This document shows, in pieces, positions 37,775-46,502 of a stretch of DNA of 64,000 bases. The stretch spans positions 16,710-80,709 of IMG/VR virus record IMGVR_UViG_3300022689_000116; one strand, written 5' to 3'. The notes under the pieces were generated by a model, which was given only the letters and a program-made list of their open reading frames with translations, did not search any database and was not told where the DNA came from. Each line of letters starts with the position of its first letter. Position 1 is the first letter of the stretch. Position numbers and translations under genes: made by a program. Origin of the DNA: a virus.

Positions 37775-38192
37775 TTAAATATAATTAGCTTTATCTTTAT
37801 AAGTTTTAAGTAATTCTTCATAATCATTAATAATAGTTTCAATATAATTAGCTCTAGCCTCATAAGCTTTAAGTAATTTTTTAGGAGTTTTAGCATCACG
37901 TATGTCATCGTATGTATGATGAAACAAGCAGTAATTATCATCAATGTAATCATAATCACTATTATTAAAATGATTATGAATACAACTATCACAATTTACA
38001 TTAACAGCTATACACAATTTACAATTACGAGAATTACCAAATCCTGTTAGATCATCAAGGACATAATTGGTTATTTTTTTATCAAAAACTAACATATTCA
38101 TATCATAAATTGACATAATTATATCACTATGTGTTACTTCACGATATCTTTCAACCAAACTTTTCGCTTCTTTAAGATTTTTTTATTTCCAT
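37775..38192 (-). pseudogene. Cys-rich protein paralog, frameshifted in an A7 tract near the start
   Basis: The ATG at 38192 reads MEIKKS*. Removing one base from the tract at 38178-38184 gives MEIKNLKEAKSLVERY, matching the paralog start MVENLEEAKKLVKLY. Confidence 0.65.
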
Positions 38193-38307
38193 AATATTAA
38201 TTTTTATTGTTTGAGAATCGTTAAGACCTAAACCTTCATTACGAAGATCAACTAAACTAAGAGTTTAATTTGCACAATAAAAAAAAAGATATAATACTGT
38301 TGGATAT

Positions 38308-38354
38308 AAGAGGGCAAACTATAGTATTAATACAACTATCAGATTTGCCCTCTT
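38308..38354. other. Strong intergenic hairpin
   Basis: AAGAGGGCAAA-CT-ATAGT...ACTAT-c-AG-a-TTTGCCCTCTT. Confidence 0.75.
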
Positions 38355-38410
38355 TTCTATTTAAATCATTCTATTTAAATTATTCTAGTATATTGATTAG
38401 TTATACTATT

Positions 38411-38722
38411 TTAAGGTGGATGTCTACTACTATCCGAATTAAAAGACTTAACAATAGCTACCCTAATTTGTAGAGTAACTTGTTCTGGATGATCGTCATC
38501 ATCCTCATCATCAAGAAAATCTTCATCACATTTATAATCATAAAAATTATCATAATTATTAATGTAACTATCGAAACTAGTATCATATTCTTCTTGAACG
38601 GTATCATCAATAACCATCAAATCTTTTTCAACTATTTCATTAATAGGTTTATCAATAGCTTTCATAAGACTAAGAAAAACAAAACCTCCACCAACATATT
38701 CGAGATAATTAAAGTTATCCAT
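38411..38722 (-). CDS. Highly acidic small protein
   Basis: Core EEYDTSFD...DEDFLDDEDDDD. Confidence 0.55.
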   Translation of the reverse strand: MDNFNYLEYVGGGFVFLSLMKAIDKPINEIVEKDLMVIDDTVQEEYDTSFDSYINNYDNFYDYKCDEDFLDDEDDDDHPEQVTLQIRVAIVKSFNSDSSRHPP

Positions 38723-38742
38723 AATTGTTGGTTTAAATTAGT

Positions 38743-38991
38743 TTAGTTAATTATTTTAACATCTTTAAGATAAATACCCCATTCAATACTAATTTTATGC
38801 CACACCATACTATCCCAGTAAAAAGGTGCATAAACATATTTAGAAGGATCTTTTTCTTTAAGAAATTTATTAAGAGAAAGCCTGTTATAATGACCATTGT
38901 AATAATTAATCACGTATTTACCAGCGACACCATGTTTTCTAAGAAGATCAAAGAAATCACGTTTAACTTGAAGTTTAGTTTTAACTTGCAT
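38743..38991 (-). CDS. Hypothetical protein, paralog of 38995..39255
   Basis: F..LL...V...Y...FL....P..Y....F.W....W.....EW. Confidence 0.7.
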   Translation of the reverse strand: MQVKTKLQVKRDFFDLLRKHGVAGKYVINYYNGHYNRLSLNKFLKEKDPSKYVYAPFYWDSMVWHKISIEWGIYLKDVKIIN

Positions 38992-38994
38992 AAC

Positions 38995-39255
38995 TTAACT
39001 ATTAGATTTAATATTATTTAACGTATGTATTCTTTTAACCCATTCATTATGTAAATTCACCCATATACGAGCATCATATTGCCAAGCGAAACCATCAGTA
39101 ATATATCTATCAGGTGCAACCTTGTTAAGAAAACGATCAAAAGACTCAATAGTAGTATTAATACTACCTTTAGATGAATTATCTCTTGCAAATGTTAAAA
39201 TGTATAACATTAAAACATCTTGTTCAATAAGGAAATTTAAAAATTGTTTTTTCAT
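38995..39255 (-). CDS. Hypothetical protein, paralog of 38743..38991
   Basis: Same Trp-rich pattern as its neighbour. Confidence 0.7.
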   Translation of the reverse strand: MKKQFLNFLIEQDVLMLYILTFARDNSSKGSINTTIESFDRFLNKVAPDRYITDGFAWQYDARIWVNLHNEWVKRIHTLNNIKSNS

Positions 39256-39294
39256 TGGTTGTTTATTTTAATTAATAATAGTAATTCTATTTAA

Positions 39295-39402
39295 AACAAT
39301 CCTGCCTAAAGCATTAATTATAATATCTCCAATACAGGTATGTTTTATAAGGACTGCTTACGTCAAACATACTATACTATAATTATTTCCAGCAGGATTG
39401 TT
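39295..39402 (-). ncRNA. Candidate structured leader/ncRNA (nested stems)
   Basis: Nested perfect inverted repeats of 11, 8 and 8 bp, downstream of the promoter at 39543. Confidence 0.45.
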
Positions 39403-39542
39403 AAAATTATGATTTATCATACAGTAATATTTCATCTTATAAAAGACTACTTTACAGGTTTCAAAATCATAATTAATATTGTTTTTATCATTATCATTTC
39501 TATTGTTCTAATCATTTGTATAATTAGAATGTATTGTGAAAT

Positions 39543-39574
39543 CAAATATAAATAACTTATCGGAATAAACCAAA
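39543..39574 (-). promoter_or_regulatory. Bacteroidota primary-sigma promoter (-33/-7)
   Basis: Minus strand TTTG-N20-TATATTTG matches the TTTG-N19-21-TAnnTTTG consensus and faces the leftward gene cluster. Confidence 0.7.
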
Positions 39575-39748
39575 CCTTAATGCTATTAATGATGTAAACG
39601 GGTGTCAATAGCGGTAAAAAAAGGGAGTTGTAAGGTTAATAATGGACTATTTTAATGAGTTTGGATATGATTATTGTTGGAGAATGTTTATGATGAAGGT
39701 TATTTACTTTATAAGTATGAGGATAACGAGAGATGTTGGGATTAATGA

Positions 39749-39789
39749 TAGTAGAGAGAGCGAGGGAATCACCCGCTCGTTCTCTACTA
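39749..39789. other. GC-rich hairpin at a G-rich to C-rich strand-composition switch
   Basis: TAGTAGAGA-GAGCG-a-GG...CC-CGCTC-gt-TCTCTACTA. Confidence 0.65.
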
Positions 39790-39890
39790 CTAACACCAAT
39801 TCACAACCAACAAAACTAACATTAATCTAAGACTAACATCATTACGTCTTATAGCATTAATCTAAGAGTACAACCCTAAGACTTATACTA

Positions 39891-40097
39891 TTAAGACTTT
39901 CGTTTTTTATACTTTTTTTCTCCAACATGAAATTCATTGTTAATCATATTAAGAGAATAAGTTGTAATAACAATTACATCATTCTCATAATTCTCAACAA
40001 AAGCAATATTACATGTATTAACACCTTTCCAACATTTAACTGGATTAGTCTTACCATCTAACATAGCAATCTCACATAAAACATTAAAATCATCCAT
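39891..40097 (-). CDS. Hypothetical protein
   Basis: 68 aa ORF with a basic C-terminus. Confidence 0.5.
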   Translation of the reverse strand: MDDFNVLCEIAMLDGKTNPVKCWKGVNTCNIAFVENYENDVIVITTYSLNMINNEFHVGEKKYKKRKS

Positions 40098-40158
40098 TTC
40101 ATTATTATTTATATTAATACTCGAATAACTTCTGAACTAAAACTATAATCAATATTAT

Positions 40159-40200
40159 AAAAAAAGCAATAGCTCCAGATTTAACTCCAGAACTATTGCT
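40159..40200 (-). terminator. Probable terminator
   Basis: AGCAATAG/CTATTGCT stem with a T7 tail on the minus strand. Confidence 0.55.
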
Positions 40201-40212
40201 AATGTTATCCAA

Positions 40213-40413
40213 TCAAGATTTAATCTTATTGACCACCATAACGAAAAACGCTATTGCTGTTAAGCAAACTACTAATAGTACACTTACTATTTGTAACTGA
40301 TGTAAAACTAAACCACTTGAAACCCCTTTCACCAGGATAACATTTATTATTATGAACGTAAACGTTATTATTAACGTTAATACTAATTTCAAAATACTTC
40401 TAAACTCTTTCAT
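40213..40413 (-). CDS. Small membrane protein (2 TM)
   Basis: Two hydrophobic stretches, followed by a terminator. Confidence 0.55.
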   Translation of the reverse strand: MKEFRSILKLVLTLIITFTFIIINVILVKGVSSGLVLHQLQIVSVLLVVCLTAIAFFVMVVNKIKS

Positions 40414-40514
40414 AATATTAATTATTGGTTAACCTAAATCATTATGATTTAACGCACGACTTTCACGCCTTAATAACCTATAATTATTTGAACTAAGAAC
40501 ATTATTAAACATAT

Positions 40515-40547
40515 AAAAAAGGTAGCACCATTACTGATACTACCTTT
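40515..40547 (-). terminator. Intrinsic terminator
   Basis: AAAGGTAG...CTACCTTT stem with a T tail, right after the stop at 40553. Confidence 0.65.
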
Positions 40548-40552
40548 ATTAT

Positions 40553-41110
40553 TTATTCTTTTTCTCCTGTGTTACGCTGTTTATCTTCAGTTTCTTCAAA
40601 TCCCAAAATATAAACAGTAACTTCACTGCCAAAAACTTCTTTCTTAAAACTAGCAATCTCTCCAGCTTCATTTTTAGCAGGTAAAAAAACAAGATGTTTA
40701 TCATCTATTTCAATACCCATTTCTTCAACCAATTTACGAGTAGTAGTACAGATATTACCATCTGTAAATTCATTAGTTTTAGAAATTTTTGAGCTTTTTG
40801 GATATTCAATTTCACCTTCTTCATTTTCAACAGCAACAGAAGCAAAAATACCAATAAAAACATTTTCTTCCTCTTCGTCATAAACAGGTGCAACCCCATA
40901 AGAAATATGCTCATTAGCACCTAACAATTTCTTTAAATTGTCGCTAATTTTCATTCGATTATTTGCACTTAAAAAACGCAAACTTTCACGAGTATCAACA
41001 TTACTCGTTTTCTTTCCAGTACTTTGTACAGCAAACATTTTTGAATAATCTTTCATAACTTTAATCATTTTAATTAATATTAGTAATAAAATTGTAAATT
41101 CCACGCACAA
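40553..41110 (-). CDS. Hypothetical protein, paralog of 26067..26678 (start probably 41056 or 41068)
   Basis: FAVQSTGKK...NRMKISDNLKKLLGA. Confidence 0.7.
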   Translation of the reverse strand: MCVEFTILLLILIKMIKVMKDYSKMFAVQSTGKKTSNVDTRESLRFLSANNRMKISDNLKKLLGANEHISYGVAPVYDEEEENVFIGIFASVAVENEEGEIEYPKSSKISKTNEFTDGNICTTTRKLVEEMGIEIDDKHLVFLPAKNEAGEIASFKKEVFGSEVTVYILGFEETEDKQRNTGEKE

Positions 41111-41582
41111 AAATATCTATTTGAATAGTACTATTTTTTGTATGGGGATACTTAATACTTATAACTAAGCAGTTGTTTTTTGATCAGGTGGTTCACTCCC
41201 GCACTCATATACATCATTTTTCCCGTTTGCCCTATCTCGTCTACTCCCATCTACTCTACCTCTCGCTCTCCTTCACACTCTATCTCCAGTCCTATTACAA
41301 AAACTATAATACTTCCAAATCATTATTAAAATGAAATCCTTTAACAAAACTATCAACACGTATATAATAAAAAAAGGGTACGGGGTTATTAAAATCACTA
41401 TAAGAAGCCCGGGTATAAATATGGAAACTATTAGAGAAAAGAAACCCCTAATAACATTTCTATCATTAGGGGAATCTCATGGAAAACAAACACCAAGTAA
41501 TCAACCAGAAAAAGAAGCAGGAAAAGAAGCAGAAAAAGTAATACGAGTTACAGTAATATGAGTAATAAAATCCTCGCCAGTA

Positions 41583-41945
41583 TTATTTTTTTAAATCGCC
41601 CATTACACCACGTTTGACACGATCATAAACTCTATCTTCACAAGCATTTATAAATTCATTCAAACCATTTATCATACGTTCATTAAATTCAGAAGGGAAA
41701 ATGGTAGGAAAATCCCAACATAAATCTTTATTAATATCACTCTTTCTAGGAATACTTGTTTTCCACATATCACCATGTCCATCAAGCATCACTTTAAGAT
41801 TAACACAAGCATCTTCAGTATCTCTCCACACATTAACAATTACAGCAGGTAATTCATCAACTACATTACAATGATTAATTCTCATATAATTTTTATCATC
41901 ATCTGTAGTAGTGTAAATAACAATTCTTCCAATAGTAGGTTTCAT
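41583..41945 (-). CDS. Conserved phage protein of unknown function
   Basis: MKPTIGRIV.Y...PAVIVNV...VNLKV.LDG...W.FP is a pattern common in phages. Confidence 0.65.
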   Translation of the reverse strand: MKPTIGRIVIYTTTDDDKNYMRINHCNVVDELPAVIVNVWRDTEDACVNLKVMLDGHGDMWKTSIPRKSDINKDLCWDFPTIFPSEFNERMINGLNEFINACEDRVYDRVKRGVMGDLKK

Positions 41946-42050
41946 AATTTTAAATTTTAATTTGTTTATAATTGATTTTATAACTTGTTTAAGTATTGTA
42001 ACTAATTGTACGATTTCCCTGTAGATTAGAAGGATATGAAACGGTTTTGA

Positions 42051-42287
42051 TTAACTGTTATTAACACTAACTAAATCACCAACTTTCACATATTTATAAT
42101 CATGTTGTATAATAGTTCCATCTTCTTTTAAAATAACAGCATTAAGATTATCATTAAAATTAACAAAACTATGAAGGTAGCCATTATTAGCTTCACCTTG
42201 TTTATAATAAATTACTTTAAGCATTTTCATATTAATAAATAATAGAAGTTTTAGAAGATTGATAATGTGTAGTATAAGTATTATCAA
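42051..42287 (-). CDS. Hypothetical protein (start probably at internal MKMLK)
   Basis: G.LHSF...AVILKEDG.I, a short beta protein. Confidence 0.5.
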   Translation of the reverse strand: MIILILHIINLLKLLLFINMKMLKVIYYKQGEANNGYLHSFVNFNDNLNAVILKEDGTIIQHDYKYVKVGDLVSVNNS

Positions 42288-42414
42288 GAATATCTATAAA
42301 ACTATCCATGAGTGGTTTGGAATCTCCTTTTTTACAGGGAAATTGAACAATACGTTCAACACGTTTATTAGTAGTATTACGTTTTGATTTAATAATATTA
42401 AAAGAACCTTTCAT
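42232..42414 (-). CDS. Hypothetical protein
   Basis: 60 aa, packed with its neighbours. Confidence 0.4.
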   Translation of the reverse strand: MKGSFNIIKSKRNTTNKRVERIVQFPCKKGDSKPLMDSFIDILDNTYTTHYQSSKTSIIY

Positions 42415-42418
42415 ATTG

Positions 42419-42604
42419 TTATATTGTTATATTATTTATCAATATATAGTCTTTGGAAAAATTATCAGGATGTATAGGATAAAGATCATTTGGAGAAAAC
42501 TTATAATGATTATTTATAAATTTATTATTTTCACTAGGTTTATCACTAAGTTTAAAACTATTGATACTTTTGTTAAACATTGTGTTAAATATTGATAAAA
42601 TCAT
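42419..42604 (-). CDS. Hypothetical protein
   Basis: 61 aa, first ORF of the leftward block. Confidence 0.35.
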   Translation of the reverse strand: MILSIFNTMFNKSINSFKLSDKPSENNKFINNHYKFSPNDLYPIHPDNFSKDYILINNITI

Positions 42605-43009
42605 TATGATCTTTATTTTGTGCGTCCGTCACTCCTTAATAGTTGTTATAAGAGAGTACAATATACGGCAATTTTTTAAATTTCCAAATTTTTTATCACT
42701 TTTTTATCACTTTTTTTTTATGAATTATATAATTATTAATTTTAATATTTTAATCATCAATTTTACACTATTTATACTCTTTGACTATGAGGATTTTTTC
42801 GTTTTGTACTAGTAGAATAATTAATGGTTGAAACATTTGTTTAAGTAACTCTACGAGCCACTCCCAAATTTTTGGTTTATCATTATCGTTATAATTATTA
42901 AAAGGTTTTATAGTAACAATGTGTCAATTAACGTTTTTAACACTATTGTTTATTATATAGTTTAAAAATATTACAACTTTAAATTATTTTTACTAATAAT
43001 TGCATTTTA

Positions 43010-43750
43010 TTGACTAATTATTTGGATAAGTTAAACTATCACTATATATTTATTCCATCGAAACCAAACAAGTGTTTAACAAATAATGTAAATAAAGTTG
43101 ATGTTATGGAAAACAAGAAAATTGAAGTTGATTTAACCAAAGTTAGAGATCATAATCCAGCAGGTGATAATCTTTATCAAGAATTATTTAAAGTATTGGA
43201 TGTTGATAAAGCAGTAAGTAACCTTAATACTAAAGGTAAAGAAATTTTTGATAAAACAAAAGATGGTAATAGACCTGCTAAAACAACCATTAATTATTTA
43301 CCTTCTGCTTTCGCTGTTATACTTGAAGGTGTTGGTTATTGTAAGATACTTGATCTTATCCATCAGGACCCAAAACAAGTTTTTAAGAATGTACAGTTTA
43401 TATTTAGAATTGCTGCTTATGGTAGTAGTACTAATCCTATTTATAATATTGGAGATTTAATTGATATTCGTAGTACTGATGCTGTTTCTTATAGACCTAT
43501 GTTTTATAATAAGAATAGTATTTTAAAATGGCAAAACTATTTTAGAAATAATAAAGAATTAGTTAGAGCTAGTGCTATTAGTGATAAAAATAGGTTTCAT
43601 GGTAAAGTTATTCTTCCTGGTGATATTGAACCAAAAGGTGATATTGGAGCAAAAGGTGATAAAAAGTTATTTACTGGTCAAGAAACTGTTGAAGTTACAG
43701 AATATTTTCTAACCGAAGATCATAACATATTTGGAGTATATGGAATATAA
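43010..43750 (+). CDS. Hypothetical protein (start probably ATG 43106)
   Basis: First gene of the rightward block. MENKKIEV follows an AT-rich leader. Confidence 0.7.
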   Translation: MTNYLDKLNYHYIFIPSKPNKCLTNNVNKVDVMENKKIEVDLTKVRDHNPAGDNLYQELFKVLDVDKAVSNLNTKGKEIFDKTKDGNRPAKTTINYLPSAFAVILEGVGYCKILDLIHQDPKQVFKNVQFIFRIAAYGSSTNPIYNIGDLIDIRSTDAVSYRPMFYNKNSILKWQNYFRNNKELVRASAISDKNRFHGKVILPGDIEPKGDIGAKGDKKLFTGQETVEVTEYFLTEDHNIFGVYGI

Positions 43751-44039
43751 GTTTACAGATGCTAAATGTAAGGATGATTTAAATCATATTACTAAAGTTG
43801 AACTTCAGAAGATTAATGTAAAGGTTTCTTCCGATGTTATTAAAAGAGTAATATCCAGTAGAAGTAAAAGTCTTATAAAGGCTATTGAAACTAAACGTAA
43901 ATTCATGCTTACGGGTATTGGTAGATTTCAAATTAAGAAGTATAGAGAAATGTATCTTCATAAAGATAATAAAGTAAATACTACAGAATATACTAAGGAT
44001 GTTTTTTTAAATAATTTTAAAGTTAAAGATAATGTTTAA
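43731..44039 (+). CDS. IHF/HU-like DNA-binding protein
   Basis: Helical N-terminus followed by LTGIGRFQIKKYR. crAss-like phages carry an IHF-like gene near the capsid module. Confidence 0.65.
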   Translation: MEYMEYKFTDAKCKDDLNHITKVELQKINVKVSSDVIKRVISSRSKSLIKAIETKRKFMLTGIGRFQIKKYREMYLHKDNKVNTTEYTKDVFLNNFKVKDNV

Positions 44040-44652
44040 TTTTATAAAGTTAGTAGAAGGAGAAATAGAGATTATAAGAGATGAGTTTTTACTTATACCA
44101 GAAGGTCTTGAAGTTATTAAAAAAGATAAAGGTGGTGTGTTTTTTGGAGATAGTGAAGGTCGTAATAAATTATATGCTAAAAAGCAATTTGCTCTAGCAT
44201 GGTGGATTGTTGATGTTAATAGTCCTGCTAATCTTGCCGGACTTACAGAAGTTGAAGCTATGCGTGATGGTATAACTAATCTTGGCTTTCCTGATGATTG
44301 GACTCCTGATGGTACATTTACTATATTTCTAAAAGCTTATAAAAGAGAGTATGATAAGTATATTGTTACCAATGTTGTAAAAGAACTTCTACGATCTTTT
44401 AAAACTACCAGTTTAAGTATTAAGAAAATACGTAAGAATATTGATAGACTTTTAGCTCTATCTGAACTTACAGCCGAAGATACTAAAACGCTATTAGCTT
44501 CTAATAAAGAATTACAGTCACTTGCCGGGGAACTTCCTAAACATATACGTAATCTTAAAGAAGCTAGTGAAGAATCTAGAATAGAACAGAAATCTGGTCG
44601 TATTGCTAGAGGTGGAGTTCAAATTACTAAAAGTATGCAACCTGAAAATTAA
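44032..44652 (+). CDS. Conserved crAss-like protein (possible terminase small subunit)
   Basis: DK...D.EG..K..A.K..., D.NSP, W.PD, a coiled coil and an RGG tail. The function is inferred from context. Confidence 0.5.
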   Translation: MFNFIKLVEGEIEIIRDEFLLIPEGLEVIKKDKGGVFFGDSEGRNKLYAKKQFALAWWIVDVNSPANLAGLTEVEAMRDGITNLGFPDDWTPDGTFTIFLKAYKREYDKYIVTNVVKELLRSFKTTSLSIKKIRKNIDRLLALSELTAEDTKTLLASNKELQSLAGELPKHIRNLKEASEESRIEQKSGRIARGGVQITKSMQPEN

Positions 44653-44656
44653 TATA

Positions 44657-44797
44657 ATGGAAGAAATAGGAACAATGTTAGCAGGATTTTTATTAGTAAT
44701 CGTGCTAGGAATATTAAGCTATCTGTTTATAGAACATATATTAATTTTTATAATAATTGCAATAATCTTAATTATAATATTAGTAAATAAAAAATAA
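44657..44797 (+). CDS. Small two-TM membrane protein (holin candidate)
   Basis: MEEIGTMLAGFLLVIVLGILSYLFIEHILIFIIIAIILIIILVNKK. Confidence 0.5.
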   Translation: MEEIGTMLAGFLLVIVLGILSYLFIEHILIFIIIAIILIIILVNKK

Positions 44798-45790
44798 ATG
44801 GAAAAGAGAATATTATATTTTTATCCTGATAATCATAGATATACAGATGATGCTAACAGAGATTATATTTCTGTTACTACTTTGATTGATGAATATGTTC
44901 CTAAGTTTGATAAAAAGAAAATGGCTAGAGAAATGGCTCGTAGAGGTAAAGGAATATATAAAGGTAAAAGTACTGGTGAGATTATTAATATGTGGAATGA
45001 TATTACAGAAAACGCTCTAGATAAAGGTAATAGAAAACATAATCGACTTGAAGAGAATGTTAAAGATACTAATAACTTTAATAAAGCAATAAAGACACTT
45101 ATATATCGTGATACAACTAGTAATCGTTTATACACTATTGATGATATTATGGTAGATCATAGTTATGGTTCTGTTGATCTTCCTAGATTTAAGGAACTTA
45201 TATACGAAGATTATCCTAAAATTTATGATGCTATTAAATATTATGTAGATCGTGGATATAAAGCTTATCCTGAACTTGGTATATATAATAGTGATTTTAA
45301 TATAACTGGACTTATTGACTTACCTCTTGTTAATTTTGATCTTGGTAAGTTTGTTGTACTTGATTGGAAAACTAATAAACATGATATGAAATTCGAGTCT
45401 GGTTATTATAAAAAAGATAACGATCTTCAATATACTGATAAATGGGTTAAATCTTATAAGCATTTTCTTGCTCCTTTAGATGGTTTAGAGTATTGTACTG
45501 GAAATAAATATTCAATGCAATTAAGTACTTATTCCAGACTTCTTGAATATTTTGGTTTTACTTGTGAAGGTATTATTTTAGTTCATATAAGGGATGCTTA
45601 TGTTTTAAATAAATATGGTATGCCTTTTAGAGATGAAACTGGAGATTTTATTGTTGATACTACTAAGAAAGAAAGAGTTGAACTTCACTGGATTAATTAT
45701 ATGCGTCAAAATGTAAACAATATGATTAATCATTATTATAATAAAACAGTTGGTGCATATAATAAAGATAATTACAGAATTAATTTTTAA
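44798..45790 (+). CDS. PD-(D/E)xK exonuclease
   Basis: SVTT, G..KH, PE, GLIDL, LDWKT and QLSTY. Confidence 0.85.
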   Translation: MEKRILYFYPDNHRYTDDANRDYISVTTLIDEYVPKFDKKKMAREMARRGKGIYKGKSTGEIINMWNDITENALDKGNRKHNRLEENVKDTNNFNKAIKTLIYRDTTSNRLYTIDDIMVDHSYGSVDLPRFKELIYEDYPKIYDAIKYYVDRGYKAYPELGIYNSDFNITGLIDLPLVNFDLGKFVVLDWKTNKHDMKFESGYYKKDNDLQYTDKWVKSYKHFLAPLDGLEYCTGNKYSMQLSTYSRLLEYFGFTCEGIILVHIRDAYVLNKYGMPFRDETGDFIVDTTKKERVELHWINYMRQNVNNMINHYYNKTVGAYNKDNYRINF

Positions 45791-45793
45791 GCT

Positions 45794-46336
45794 ATGAATA
45801 AAGCAGTATTTTGTGATTTAGATGATACTTTGATTAAAGTTAAGTCTAATAATAAGTTTCCTAAAACAATTGATGATTGGGAGCTTAGGACAGAAGTTCT
45901 TGATTCGTTATATACTTATATGTCTAATAATCTTATAGGACTTATTTGTATTGTTACTAATCAAGGTGGTGTACAAGCGGGATTTTGGAAGAAAGAACAA
46001 ATTGATAGTAAGCTTGAAGCCGTTCGTAATGCTGTTCATAAATATTTTATTGAAAAATATAATTATAGAATAGATACAGATTATGGTGTTTCATATACTA
46101 CTAATCCGAATGATTTTATGCGTAAACCTAATCCTGGACTTGGCTATCAATTAGCTACTAGGAATAGAGTTTTTTTAAGTCGTTGTATAATGATTGGAGA
46201 TGCCGATGGTGGTGAAGATAGTCATTCTTCTGATGATGTAGATTTTGCTAATAATTGTGTTATGAATTTTTGGTCTGTTGATAACTTTGTTAATATATAT
46301 TCTAATGATCTATATATAACACCAACACTTTTTTAA
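45794..46336 (+). CDS. HAD-IIIA phosphatase (polynucleotide 3'-phosphatase-like)
   Basis: DLDDTL, VTNQGG, RKPNPG and IGDA...DD..FA. Confidence 0.9.
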   Translation: MNKAVFCDLDDTLIKVKSNNKFPKTIDDWELRTEVLDSLYTYMSNNLIGLICIVTNQGGVQAGFWKKEQIDSKLEAVRNAVHKYFIEKYNYRIDTDYGVSYTTNPNDFMRKPNPGLGYQLATRNRVFLSRCIMIGDADGGEDSHSSDDVDFANNCVMNFWSVDNFVNIYSNDLYITPTLF

Positions 46337-46337
46337 A

Positions 46338-46502
46338 ATGAAATTAATAATAAACTTTAAGGATAACGTTAGTGAGAAAGATATTCAACTTATAAAGAGT
46401 TTTATTTGTAATGAAATATATCTTAATAAGAGGGTTTCTAGTATTCATAAATTTAGAGATCAAATTGAAAGTTTTGAATTTATTAAAATTGCAAAGAAAT
46501 GA
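46338..46502 (+). CDS. Small hypothetical protein (54 aa, not in ORF track)
   Basis: MKLIINFKDNVSEKD...IAKK, with an ATGA overlap onto the next gene. Confidence 0.6.
   Translation: MKLIINFKDNVSEKDIQLIKSFICNEIYLNKRVSSIHKFRDQIESFEFIKIAKK

Noticed and set aside
41331-41561. Lone plus-strand ORF with a GAAAAAGAAGCA-like repeat
   Set aside because: It runs opposite to all neighbours, has low complexity and overlaps a hairpin (~41443-41471), so coding status is unsupported.
38200-43000. tRNA genes in the non-coding region
   Set aside because: No cloverleaf with a T-loop GTTCRA and D-arm was found by eye. tRNAscan-SE would be decisive.
44798-45790. Cas4/CRISPR link for the PD-(D/E)xK nuclease, or the dispersed motif as a CRISPR repeat
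   Set aside because: There is no Fe-S cysteine set and no repeat-spacer array. Motif copies are kilobases apart and lie inside genes.
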